Source of the DNA: Diploschistes diacapsis
Taxonomy: Eukaryota
Assembly (NCBI GenBank): GCA_023645945.1
Contig: JALAIB010000013.1
Coordinates: 1 to 50,939 of the forward strand
Direction of reading: 5' to 3'
Length of the DNA stretch: 50,939 bases
Shown: one piece after another, positions 1-11,199 of the stretch
How positions within the stretch are numbered: position 1 is the stretch's first letter
How the letters are laid out: every line of letters begins with the position of its first letter
Program-made: the position numbers and the translations under genes
Notes under the pieces: generated by a model
The model's database searches: none
The model's input: only the letters and a program-made list of their open reading frames with translations
Told to the model about the DNA's origin: nothing

Positions 1-64
1 CCCTCCCTTGTCCCCGGAAAAGAGAAGTAGAAAGAAAAAAAAAACGAGATCTGCGTCCAAAGTC

Positions 65-1960
65 TTAACTGTTCAAATAACTCCTAATAGCCCCCTGCAA
101 CCTCGTCGCCCCCTCGCCCAGCACGTTGCCCAGATTCTCCAGGTCGTCCGCCGTCGTCACGCCGAACCGTCTGACGAAGTCCTTGGCCGCACTCTCCAGG
201 TCCCCGTAGTTGCTCAGGTCCATGCTGCCGATGCCGCCGCCGCCGCCGCCTCCGCCGGCCCCGCCTTCGCCGTCCTCCTCGGGGCGGCCGAAGTAGGCGT
301 TGCTGGAGATGGAGGTGGCGCCCTCGAAGCCCTGCAGGCGGGATTTGGCTTCGGCCTGGGCGGACGGGTCGTAGGCGCCCTTGCTGAAGAACTCGTCTGA
401 GGAGATCGATTTCTGGGCGCCGAATTTTTGGCGGGCGTACTGTTGAGATTCGTCTGGTGGGTGGGGGCGTTAGTGGGATGGTGCACTGGAGTGGTACAAG
501 GATGACGTGGAGGGTGATACGGAGAGGCGGTGCCTTGTGCAGCCACGTTTCCGCGTAACAGAACAAGAGCAACCATGTAGATTTGACAGAAAGGAGAATA
601 GAGAATCACAAAGGGAAGAAAATACGAACCTTCAGCAGTAGCCTTAACAGGCCCTACGCTCCCAAATCCCAAACCCTTCTTTGCCGTCCCCCCAGCCTTG
701 GCCGCGCTCCCCGCCGTCTGCCCAAACCCCAACCTCCCAATCCCCATCCCCAACCTCTCCAGCTCGCTCGCACTCCGCTGATGCGCCGCCCCCGTCTTAG
801 CCGCCCGACCATTCTTCGCCGGGTCCACGGCCACAGGACTCTTGAGCGCCACACCAGGCTTATCCAGGCTCTCTGCCGCGCTTCCACCACCACTGCTTCC
901 AACTCCCCCGCGACCACTTGCGGGTGCGTCCTCGGCGTCAGGATCGTACCCCAGCTTCGCTATCCGCTCCGCCTCCTCCTTAGCCTTCTTCTCGGCCTCG
1001 TCAAAATCGATTGCGTCGGCGCCCGAGCTGGCGGTGCCGAGTTTCTTAGCACCCAGCTTCGGGCCGCGTTTGGCACCGAGGATGTTTGTTTTCTTGGGCC
1101 CCCCGCCGGCGGAGGGGGATGCGGTGGCGGCTGTTTTGCGGAGGGCTGACGAGGAGATGGTTCTTGGTGCCGATGCTGGTGGTTGGGTTGCAGGATCAGT
1201 GGCGTCGGTGCCCTCTGAGGGCGATGTGGAGCGCGCGGACGATCCACCGGGCTTGAGGAACGGCGAGGCGGTACGGGTGATTGGTGTGGCAGATCGAGAG
1301 GGTGGGTTGGACGGGCGCTTGATGGCGGGTTTGTCCCATGAGGAGAAGAAGTCGTCGGCTGCGGGGTCGCCCATGGGCGTGGAAGTACCGTCGGGGAAGG
1401 TAGGGGACATGATATCCATGATGACTACTTCTTCGGGGAAGTCGCGAGCGTCGGCGGCCGCGCGGCGCTTGAGCTCGTCTTTATACTTGGAGGCGACGTG
1501 GGAGGTGTAGCGGGCCTTGGTGTCCTTTTGGGCGAGCAGCGCGGAGCCGCCGTGGGTTTGAAAGAATTTCGTGGCGGATTCGTTGCCGCCTACTTTCATT
1601 ATGCGCAGTTGTTCCCATTGCCATTCTGTTCGTGGGTGAGAGTGTTAGTTACAAGGTTTGAGGTGGTGAAAGGGCTGAGGGAGGCAAGTGGAGGGAACTG
1701 ACGGTCGAGGTTTGTAGAGCGGACAAAGGAGATATGCACGCCTAGGTTCCTATGCACGGACGAGCAGTCCAGGCAGAGGTAGATACCAAGGGGTACGGAG
1801 GACCATGTTGGGTTCTTAGTTCCGCAGTCGAAGCATAGCTGCACACAAAGCCATCAGCGAAAGGCCGGCGTAGGCTTTGAAACAGATGTACCTTGTTCGC
1901 AGACTTGACCTTGAGTTTTTCAAAGATTTTTTGCGACTGAATCTTACTAGCCATCGCCAT
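65..1960 (-). CDS. GLO3: ADP-ribosylation factor GTPase-activating protein (Glo3/ArfGAP2-3 type), ~529 aa
   Basis: Exons 1892-1960, 1703-1838, 630-1625, 65-453; three GT-AG introns with CTRAY branch sites; spliced length 1590 nt. ArfGAP zinc finger [55 protein letters not shown]-terminal Glo3 motifs KSISSDEFF and [10 protein letters not shown]; ends GAIRSYLNS*. Confidence 0.95.
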
Positions 1961-2193
1961 CTTGAATGTAGAATGAGGTGGTTCAGGGGAGGAGATTGAA
2001 TCGGGCGGAAACTGAAATTCGATAGGTGTTCGTTAAGAATCGGACAGGGAAGGAACCGGAAAAACGGAAAAACCCTTCCGGTATTACTTAGTCATTCCCA
2101 TCCATCATTTTTCCGGCAAAGCCGTTGAGCTCCAGAGTGCTCAGGAGCATTCGCGGACGGTGTAAAGCCTTCTCTCTAAGTTACCTTGTCCCC
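1961..2193. promoter_or_regulatory. Short bidirectional promoter region shared by GLO3 and TIM21
   Basis: 233 bp between divergent ATGs at 1960 (-) and 2194 (+); inverted repeat ACCGGAA (2055-2061) / TTCCGGT (2076-2082) and repeated CGGAAA. Confidence 0.55.
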
Positions 2194-3031
2194 ATGGCAC
2201 TGCTCAACAGGACTCCAAGACTCTTCCATACCTCCAAGCCATTCATATTATCGTCGACCTCCCCACTCCGAGCCTACGCAACTACCCCCAACTCCCCACC
2301 CCGGCGCGCTGTCACAATCGTTAACGACACCGGCCAAACCCCCTGGACCGCCCTCTCCAAGCGTGAAAAGGTCGCGCGCACCACTCAACAGACCCTCAAC
2401 CTCGGCATTGTGGCCCTGGGCTTCGTCATGACGGGCGGTGTCGCCTACCTGCTCTATACCACCGTCTTCTCGCCGGACAGCAAGTACAGCCACTTCAACC
2501 GGGCCGTGACGGAGGTCAAGGGCAATGCGGAGTGCCGAGAACTATTGGGGCCTGCGGGGAAGATCAGGGCGTATGGGGAGAGTAGCTGGAATCGATGGAG
2601 TAGGAACAGGGCGGTTGCGGCGGATGTGAGGAGGGATAGGACGGGGGGAGAGCATTTTTTTATGAAGTTTTATGTGAGTGGGTTTCTTGTGGGATTCGTA
2701 GGAGGAGAAGAGAGCAGGCTCGGGTGGGGGGTTTATGCAAAAAGGATGAGGGATTCAGAGGCTAACGGTGCTTGGGCAACAGGTTGAGGGACCAGACGGC
2801 AAGGGAACTGTGAACGTGCACATGGTCAGACCCCGCGAGGGAGCGAGGCTCGAGTATAAGACCCTCAGCCTGGATGTACCAGGTAAGACGCAGCAGCACA
2901 AAGAGGCAGTCGAGTGTGGAAAGGGCTGACAGGGAACAGGCCATTCAACCGTCTACATCCGCAACACCGACGCCGAAGCGAAGAAGAACAGACCAAGCGG
3001 GCTGAGGTTTCTTGGCTTCGAATGGAAGTGA
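2194..3031 (+). CDS. TIM21: Mitochondrial import inner membrane translocase subunit Tim21, ~223 aa
   Basis: Exons 2194-2673, 2783-2882, 2940-3031 (672 nt); GT-AG introns with GCTAAC/GCTGAC branch sites. Arg/Ser-rich presequence-like N-terminus, single TM segment (LGIVALGFVMTGGVAYLLY), then FSPDS..FNRAV, IRAYGE..WNRW.RNR and EHFFMKFYVEGP. Confidence 0.92.
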
Positions 3032-3907
3032 TACCGAAGTTCCATTACAAAGTCAAACATAACCGATCTTCTCGCCCTGTTGCTCGCTTTACAGTAGAGT
3101 TCTGTAGATTTTCAGCCACAAGCATGGCATAAGGATCCTCGACGGGAGCAATATCCACACGGAGGGTTCTTACTCTGCGATGAGGCTATCGCTTGCAAGC
3201 AGGAAGTCATGACCGGCGAAGGAAGGCACTATCAGTGAGATGCCAGCCCAGCTACACTATCTCATACTTAAGGCGGCATTGGGTGGGCTTCAAGTCTGCT
3301 GATTCCCTTCTAAGTGCCAATAAACTCACTTCAAGCATGTCGCCTCTAAACGGTGCTGGAAAGACGCCGAGCCTTTGGAAGTTTGCTTGAACAAGGTACG
3401 GGCAGGGGCTACGGGCAATGATGAAATATATGGAGAAGAACGCAAACCGGACTAGCTTGTTGGCGTATACAAGACTGTTTGGTATGATAAATTCTGCCCA
3501 TGCAAACCGATGCTAGGAACAACTGCAAATTTGTCCCTAGCTTCCGGGACCGCGGTATATGTAGCGAACCTACGAGAGCAGCCTGAGCCTCACCAAGGAC
3601 TGCCGAGCGAACCAATATCGGTCGGTTCAAGGTCATGGATCATATCTTCACCACGATCCATTAAACTGTGGTATCATGTTCAATCTAGGTAAACCGAACC
3701 TCGCTTGCCGTTGTCAACTTTTAGGATCTTCCACCGCTGTTCCCAGCCCGAGGGTGCTGTGTAGCAAATTAAGAGGCCTCAAGAATCTCATAACCACGCA
3801 GCGAATGTCAAACCCTGTCCAGTGGCTTGCTTCAGCCGCCCCTCTTATACCAAAGTCAAGAAACGAGCCTGGCAACCATTCTTGCTATCCATCACTAAAG
3901 ATCATGC

Positions 3908-5251
3908 CTAAGCCTTGACCTTCTGCACGACTTTCAACACCTGCGGAAACAGCTTATCGTTCTCCGTCAACCCACAAACCTTCTCCACGATCGTCTTGGG
4001 CTCGTTCTCGGACATGATCTTGGCCAGCTCCGCACTCTCCTCATCACCCTCGACGTTCTGGAACCTGAACGCCATCTCTATGCTTCCCAACAGCGCGTCC
4101 ACGCTGGCATCCATCTCCGCCAGTTCATACGCCGGCCCAACGAACCTCTCCTTGCGACTCAGCTTTCTCAAGGGGGCACGTCCAACGCGCTCGACGATAT
4201 CCTTGAGGTGTGGGTTCCCAATGCGCTTGATGATCTTCTCCACGTACGCCTTCTGCTCCTGAGCGTCAATGCCGTGCTTCTTGACGATCAGTTCCGACGT
4301 CTCGGCCAGTACGGCATGAACCTGCTTGTTGATCTCCTTATCCTCAAGCGACTCGTGGATGGTGGCGATCTTGCGGTTGTGCCCGAAATATGCGGCAGTG
4401 GCGTGGCTCGTGTTAACGGTGAAGAGCTTGCGCTCGATGAAAGGTGCAAGGTCACGCACCCACTTCACGCCCTGGATCTCGGGGTGCTTAAAGTCTGGCT
4501 CCCATGGTGTCTCTTCGACAACCCACTCGAAGAAGCTCTCAATTGTCACATTGAGCCCAGCGTTGGGGTCCTGGCCAGGGACAATGCGGTCGATGGCAGA
4601 ATTGGCGAAGCGGGCGCGCTTGTCGATGCTGGATGCATTTTCCGAGGACATGTTTTTGGAGTCTGTGATAAAGCCTTTCAGAGTTGTGGTGGCATTAATG
4701 GCGTTTTCGCATGCAATGACAGCAAGGGGCTGCTTCTCGGTGCGGGCGTCAATAGCCTTGGCAATAACGGGTGCGATGAATTTGAGGATGTTGGGCCCGA
4801 CGGCGCAGGTGACCTTGGAAGGGTGGACTAGTTAGCCTTGGTCCTGACATGGATACGGGGGCAGAGAAAGGGGGAAGAAATGTCGAATCATCAGGGGAAG
4901 AGGACATTGCATACCACGTCAGCGGTTGAAATCTCTTTGACAACATCGGCCTCGTGGTACTTGGAGTTGATGGCACGATAGTTGGTGATTTTATTGACCT
5001 TCTCACCCTCGGCGCCAACCTCGGTGACGGTGTAGGAGGTGACTTTCTGGAGCTGCTCGATGATGCTGTCCATGACATCGATGAAGACAACCTGTCATGG
5101 AGTATGAGCCTTTGTCTGCAGAGGAGAGAGAGAGTGTGTGTGAGAGAGAGAGAGAGAGAGGGCTTGCCTCATATCCAGTCAAATGTAGCTTCTCAGCAAC
5201 GAAGCCACGTCCAATGTTTCCGCCGCCAAAATGAACTGCCTTGAGGCCCAT
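3908..5251 (-). CDS. mpdA: Mannitol-1-phosphate 5-dehydrogenase, ~388 aa
   Basis: Exons 5168-5251, 4915-5091, 3908-4813 (1167 nt). Rossmann motif [80 protein letters not shown]. Intron 1 has a GC donor. Confidence 0.96.
5124..5160. repeat. Compound GA/GT microsatellite within mpdA intron 1
   Basis: gagagagagagtgtgtgtgagagagagagagagagag read directly. Confidence 0.9.
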
Positions 5252-5825
5252 GATTATTGATGCAAGTAATATAGTTTTTCGGCGGTAGTTTCTAGGTGAT
5301 TGATTGTATTGAGAAAGGAAAAATGTCTCGGCGACAAAATTAAATAGTGCCGGGCAAGAGGGTCCAAATCAACTTGGTTTGGACTCTCTTCTTGTGGTTT
5401 GTGAATGTTGAACTGAAGAGGGGCCACAGCAGCTGTTGGGTTGGTGGGGCAGCCATCGAGGGGTCGATTGAACTTCACTTCTCTCAATTGATTTTTGTTT
5501 GGGCCAAATTTGACCTAACGCCAGCGCGTGGGGGGTGTCTCTTTGGGCTAGCAGCAGCTCAAGTTTCAACTAGGTAGATAGATACCTATACAACATTCGA
5601 GCAGGTAGAATTCAGTCCAAATTCTCGATAGTTGCAAATAGACGAAGCATATTTGTAACAATAAGCTATACATACAGGTTTGACATTAATCGCTCAATAC
5701 ACGGGGTATATCCATGGCCAGACGCTTCCGAAAGCTCGAAGATAGGTACCTGATCAAACCCTGCACTTGAATCTGATGCGCATGCATACCTGGCTTGCGC
5801 AAGAGACAAATGAGTATACAATCTC

Positions 5826-6860
5826 TCAGACATACGACTTCTTCCTCCTAGACGACCCAACACAGCAGTCTACCAGCCAACCAACCGCGGCGAGGAACAT
5901 GAGCACCGTAGCGACCCATGTCAGAGCTAAGAAGCTTGAGCCTTTGTATGCGGCAATTCCAACATCGTTGCCATAGTAATTAATCGCGTTTACAGCCTTA
6001 ACGATGAGCGCCGAAGCAATCGCAGATGCAATGGCCAGTGCCAGGAACGCCAGCTGTAAGTCATTAGCGAAACACCACCATACCAATGGTAGAACAACAC
6101 TCACAAAGCAGAGCATGGCATCAACGACAGCTTCCACCCTACCATCCGTAAAGAAGGCCGCTATGGCGCCCAGGAATGCCAATCCGGCAAAGGCAATGCC
6201 TATGCAGTACAGAACGAACATAGCCTTCATAGCAACTTCCGCTGCCTCGATCCCATTCTCTGCCTCGCTCGGCCAATGCAGCTCAGATAGATTTATGCCG
6301 GGCCTGAGCTGGCTTTGTAGGATCTGTTGGGGGTCGAACGCAGCACCCGCCGATCGGTTTGAGCAGTCCGTTATGTTCTTCCACGGCGCTTCGGTGGCGT
6401 TAGCGATGGGGGAGGGTTCGTAGTAGCCTTCACAGACTGGGAAGATATCAGCATTCCGTACAGGGAGTAATTGTCAAATATTGAAGGCGGCCCACAGTCC
6501 ATAATGTGCATGCTATAAAAGTCGTGGATGTTGAGAGCTTGGGCGACATCGTGGATTGCCCCATTAATATCGCTCTTCAGATCGTTCTCAAGGGTCGTAA
6601 GGTCACCCTCGAGTGGGCCAAGGATCCCACCGCTGCCGGAGGAGGTGGAGGTGTTGAGAAGGAACTCGCCAAGCATCGAGGTGTTAAGCTGTTTGTATCA
6701 GTATCTCTTGCATTGGGTGGAGTTTGAACCCACAGGGACTCACCGTGAGAAGGTCATAGTTATCCATAAATCCCGGCTTTGTGCCAGCGAAGATGCAGAG
6801 AAGGGACAGGATGAAGGCCACAAGGGCGCAGAGCAGCGGGAAAATGGCAACGAGCTTCAT
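5826..6860 (-). CDS. SUR7/PalI family tetraspan membrane protein, ~289 aa
   Basis: Exons 6744-6860, 6496-6688, 6105-6436, 5826-6053 (870 nt). N-terminal TM (AFILSLLCIFAG), LTLNTSMLG, family motif LNIHDFYSMHIMDFCEGYY, then three further TM helices ending GSSFLALTWVATVLMFLA. Confidence 0.9.
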
Positions 6861-7849
6861 TGTGAAGCTTTACAGTAAGAGAATTAGTGATTGAAACTCC
6901 CAGACTATGAAGATGGTCAAGATATGTTGAAGAAGTAGTACTCTATCTGGGCAGATGTACTAAGTAGGGGAAGCGAAGAGATACAGAGAACAAAGAAATG
7001 ACACGGTTACTGGTAGCAACCCTAGACAATGAGCAAAGAAAGTAAGGAGACAGGATATGGGATCGTTTGTGCGACTCTTTCCAATAGAACAATATCTGAT
7101 GAGCTGGCAGGATGCTACTCAATCTATTTGTCCGTGTAGTTAATCCATCTCCCTCTATCTGGCTACGGTTTATTCCAGAGTAACAGACACACGTCATTCT
7201 GCCTTGAAGCGGGTTCAAGATGGTCCTCTGGCTTTTGATATTTGCGTACTGTATATACGAAAAGTGCACGCAAGATTGAAGTCCTGTTTGGTTTGGCGCT
7301 GGCATAGAGCGACACGGATTGTCGACCAATCGATCGCAGTTGGACCGCAGGCCCTGAATCTTCGCATGTTTCTGCTGTTCCTGTTCCTTACCGTTACTCA
7401 GCTTTTTGTTATTTCTATTTCTATTTCAGGGTTAGAGTACGCTTGAAGTTAGTTGTAGGGAAAATGTCATTCCTAGGCGTAGGATCAATGAACTTCATTG
7501 CTGAAAGAATAAGAATAAATGTGAGAAAGAAAAGAATTCATCAGAACTGAAATTCTTATTCCTGACAGTGACGTTCGAATCACGTGTCTCTCTTACGTAA
7601 GCATTCACCACACCAATTTCTCCCTCTTAAGCGACTTTGGTAAATTCTCTAGTATATACTCGCAAGTTGACCTTTTTGTCGACGGCCGAAGAGTAGATTA
7701 GGCTGCTTCCTTTGCGATTACCTCTGAGTCAAGTCTTATTTGAAACTGAACGTCACAGATATCTGCCAAGAAACGATCATGATACGGCTAGCCGCATTGG
7801 TTCAATTTTCTAGTCTGCTATAATAGAGCAATGATAACAAGGCAATCGT

Positions 7850-10028
7850 GGCCACCCCTAGTAGAGGTCATATAATAACGCTTCAGATCGATGCAACAGA
7901 GGCTTTATATGATCTGTCAGGATGTGATGGGATAGTTCCTAATCAATGAGAACTCTGACTGTCCTGAGCAAAAGCTGCCTAATGTAGGCTCGTGGCCACT
8001 TCATGCCAACAGCAATGCCAGTCCGCACCAACGACGAGCCAATAAAGATAATTCTGGCCAAAGAATCTTAAGAGATTAGACCTAGACTTCAACTTATTCG
8101 TTTGGCTGCAGGGCCCAAGGCTATGGACCCTAGGTAGCCAGCCATGACATGGTAAAAGGGTAATCAACAAGGGAATCTCTTTCAAAGCACACGTTAATGA
8201 GGCTTTTCTGAGAATTTCATGAAAGTTCGGCGGAAGACGAGAATAGGTTTTGAATTTACCGCATGCAACAGTATGTCATTTCCGAAAGCTGCTTCAAGTT
8301 GCAAAGACGTTTGTTGAGTGGAAAAGCAACACTTAGAAAATTCAAAGATGTTTTGTCAAAGGAGAATACCGAGAAGCCGCAGGTTATTATGAGGGTCGCA
8401 ACATTTTCGATTGAATAGTCTGCGGGTTACCGAGGGGCCTTAACCGACCTCCGACATCTTAAAGATGTCAGAGAAACGTTGTATGATCTGGATACTCTAG
8501 AGGATCAACAGGAAGATCAACTACGTGCCTTCGATATGGCAGAGACGCTGCATTAGCAAGGCTCTATCTAGAGTGATATTTGCACTGGATGAAGCAACTG
8601 ACGGTGCATGCGAAGTCCGCAAGGTGATGCAAAGAAGCTATTAACCCAAGACAGACCAAGAACTAGGAGATTAATGCAGATTTAATCAGTCTTCGAAGAT
8701 AACGCACAATGGCTCTCATCTTAGCACTAGGAAAGCTCGACCAATTGCTGAATGCTTTCAACTGCCCAATCTATCTTGAAGGGGAGAGCAAAAGATAATT
8801 CTTATCCAACCGTATCTTAGGAGGCTTGATATTCTCCACCGAACTGAGTCATTCTCTGCGGCAACCTCGCACCCCAGTTCACACCCAAAACACATGATAT
8901 TATGGCAGAGTTTTAAGTAATGGACGCAGGAGCCGACACGGAAGAAGACTATGAGCTGATCGTTGACATATCTGATGGGATCGAAGTTGATCTGAGTGTG
9001 CGACGTGCCCAAGCAGCAAGGCACATTCTTATTTTAATTAGAGATTGGCGCTTCATATATGGTACTTTTTAAAGGTTTCGTCAACAACCTGGTGGCAACT
9101 ATACCGAGGTCATGAGAGCTTAGGCTTCTAGATCCTATGAATTTCGTTATGAAGCATCTCATTACCCAAATGATGCCGAATACCGAAAGGATGGTAAGGG
9201 ATTGGTTGTGACATCTAGGCTCTACCAAGCTTTCCGATGATATGGAAAAGCTTCGGAGGTACTTGACACTGCGAGACCGTATTATTGGGTTTTCGCTTAA
9301 TTAGGAAAGCAGCCAAAGAAAGACCCTGGCTATGGAACTGATAGAAGGTGCAGAGCATAGGATCCACGATGAATGCCTCGATTCGGTAGCCACATCAGCA
9401 CTGCGGTATGTGCCTCTTAACACTACTACCCGTCGAATACCTCACTAGTTCAATCGAGAACTTAAAGAAAGGCAAAGACAACAACAAAATGGTTCAACAG
9501 GCAGTTGACACAAAGGAACTGCTTAATTCACGGGCAGCCAGGACAACTGGGGTGTCGTAGCTATTCCAAGTTTCCTTCCTTAGAGTATTTCGATCATCTA
9601 AAGGCATGCACAGAAGCTGAGCTAGACCATGGCTGAGGTTCATTCTTGCTGACGTTCTTATAAGCATAAGGCAGGAACAATGAATCTGATCGTAATGGAG
9701 GATTGGGCATGAGGTAAGCATATTCAGCAAACTTTGCTGGGGGATTTGATTAAAAAGAACAAGCGCAAGTGAGAACAGGACAATGCTAGAACCAATGCGA
9801 GACAGCCAGGAGAATATAGAAGAGCACATCTCTGGGTCTGACTCAAAGAGAGAGATTCTACGCAGGAAGTTGTCCAAGTTGTTCTTAGGAAACGGTGGTA
9901 GTAACTACGCCATTCCGATTAGATTAGCGAAGCGAGTGAGAGATACATTGGCTAAGGCTAGAGAGGATCGGGAAACAGACGGTATGATTGATTTTAGAGC
10001 TACCGATGCTTTCCTCGAGAGAGGTTGA
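7850..10028 (+). pseudogene. Probable decayed gene of unknown family
   Basis: Protein-like stretches interrupted by stops and frameshifts (EEDYELIVDISDGIEVDLSVRRAQAARHIL near 8940; LSDDMEKLRRYLTLRDRIIG near 9230; ORF 9783-10028). No family recognised; boundaries approximate. Confidence 0.3.
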
Positions 10029-11199
10029 TTCCCATAGTCTTGCCGATTTGTTTAGCGTATACACATTTCGTTCTGATATGGTTGAATACAGCAAATCTTT
10101 ATCGAGTATGTTTATTGCTCACTACAAACATTGGATTTTAATACCCACAATCCTAGCCTTTCACAGAACCTCAATGCTTTCAATTATCATATGCTTACAA
10201 CATTGGGTGTATGCCCATACCGGTTGCTTGCAATTAGAAATCCCTCTATCGCTACATATCTCCACTTCGAAAAGATGGAATGTGAGCCAGAGTGATCATT
10301 TTCGACGCAAATCTATGGAGTTTATCGTAGACTGTATACTCAAACATTAGTCGCTTCTGTTGTTGATTTCCTAGTGGCATATATCTTGATATTGCAACTC
10401 TCTGGCTCTTTGTCCCCCCCTTCGCTTTTCAAGAGGATCGAAAGACCCTGTCTAACATCCTCTTGGGGTTTGTGTGCATTCTCCCTCGAGATATTCCAAT
10501 CATCAGAAGATCGCTCATGAGCCCTCTTTATCATTCTAAAAGAAGCCCGTTGGGGGTACCAAGCCCGGATGAGATGTTTCCACAAATATCGTTCCTGCCA
10601 GCGGAAACGCTGTGATGAGTCGGATGTTTTTACCTCGCTTGGGTTGTGATGTTGTAGTTTTCCCTCATTGAGAGCAGTTGAAAGACATCGCAGCTACGCT
10701 GAAAGCCGGGTTTGTACATAAGAAAAAGGTTTGTGCCCTTGGAATCCCTTTTTTACTGCAAACCTTCTGCTCGTCGTTTAGCTGGAGATACAGACTTCAT
10801 AGCCTAGCCTTCACTGCGCACTGCAGAATGGATGGAGCAGTAATTCCTGGGTTGTGATCTGGATCGCTCAACTGCTACTCAGATCGCACAACCAGTCTCC
10901 TGAAGATCCGGGACTGGACTTAGCCGCCATGTAAGTGGACAGCCAATTCTCTTTCCATGCGTGAAAGACGGCGCCTATAAAATGGGAGTACTTCGACTCC
11001 ATTCCAGTTTGGTTATTCAATCGAAGGAGCTTTCATTAATTTCTTACCCTACACGTTCGCCCTGTCAGCAACCATCTCTAGTATCAGGCAGTTCAAATCC
11101 TGTTTTCGTTGTCGCCATATAAATCCCGCCGGTAAACGTTTCCATTCGGCACTGAAGCATTCTGATAGATACCCTTTCGATGCGACAACGGCTCGGATC

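Noticed and set aside
8..1701. Long plus-strand ORFs over GLO3
   Set aside because: Antisense shadows of a GC-rich coding sequence; the same applies to ORFs opposite mpdA, the TF, ppo and pxa2.
2125..2193. N-terminal extension of TIM21 in the ORF track
   Set aside because: Starts at TTG; ATG 2194 gives a presequence-like N-terminus.
3130..3900. Small ORFs between TIM21 and mpdA
   Set aside because: Short, mostly non-ATG starts and no recognisable motifs; likely convergent 3' regions.
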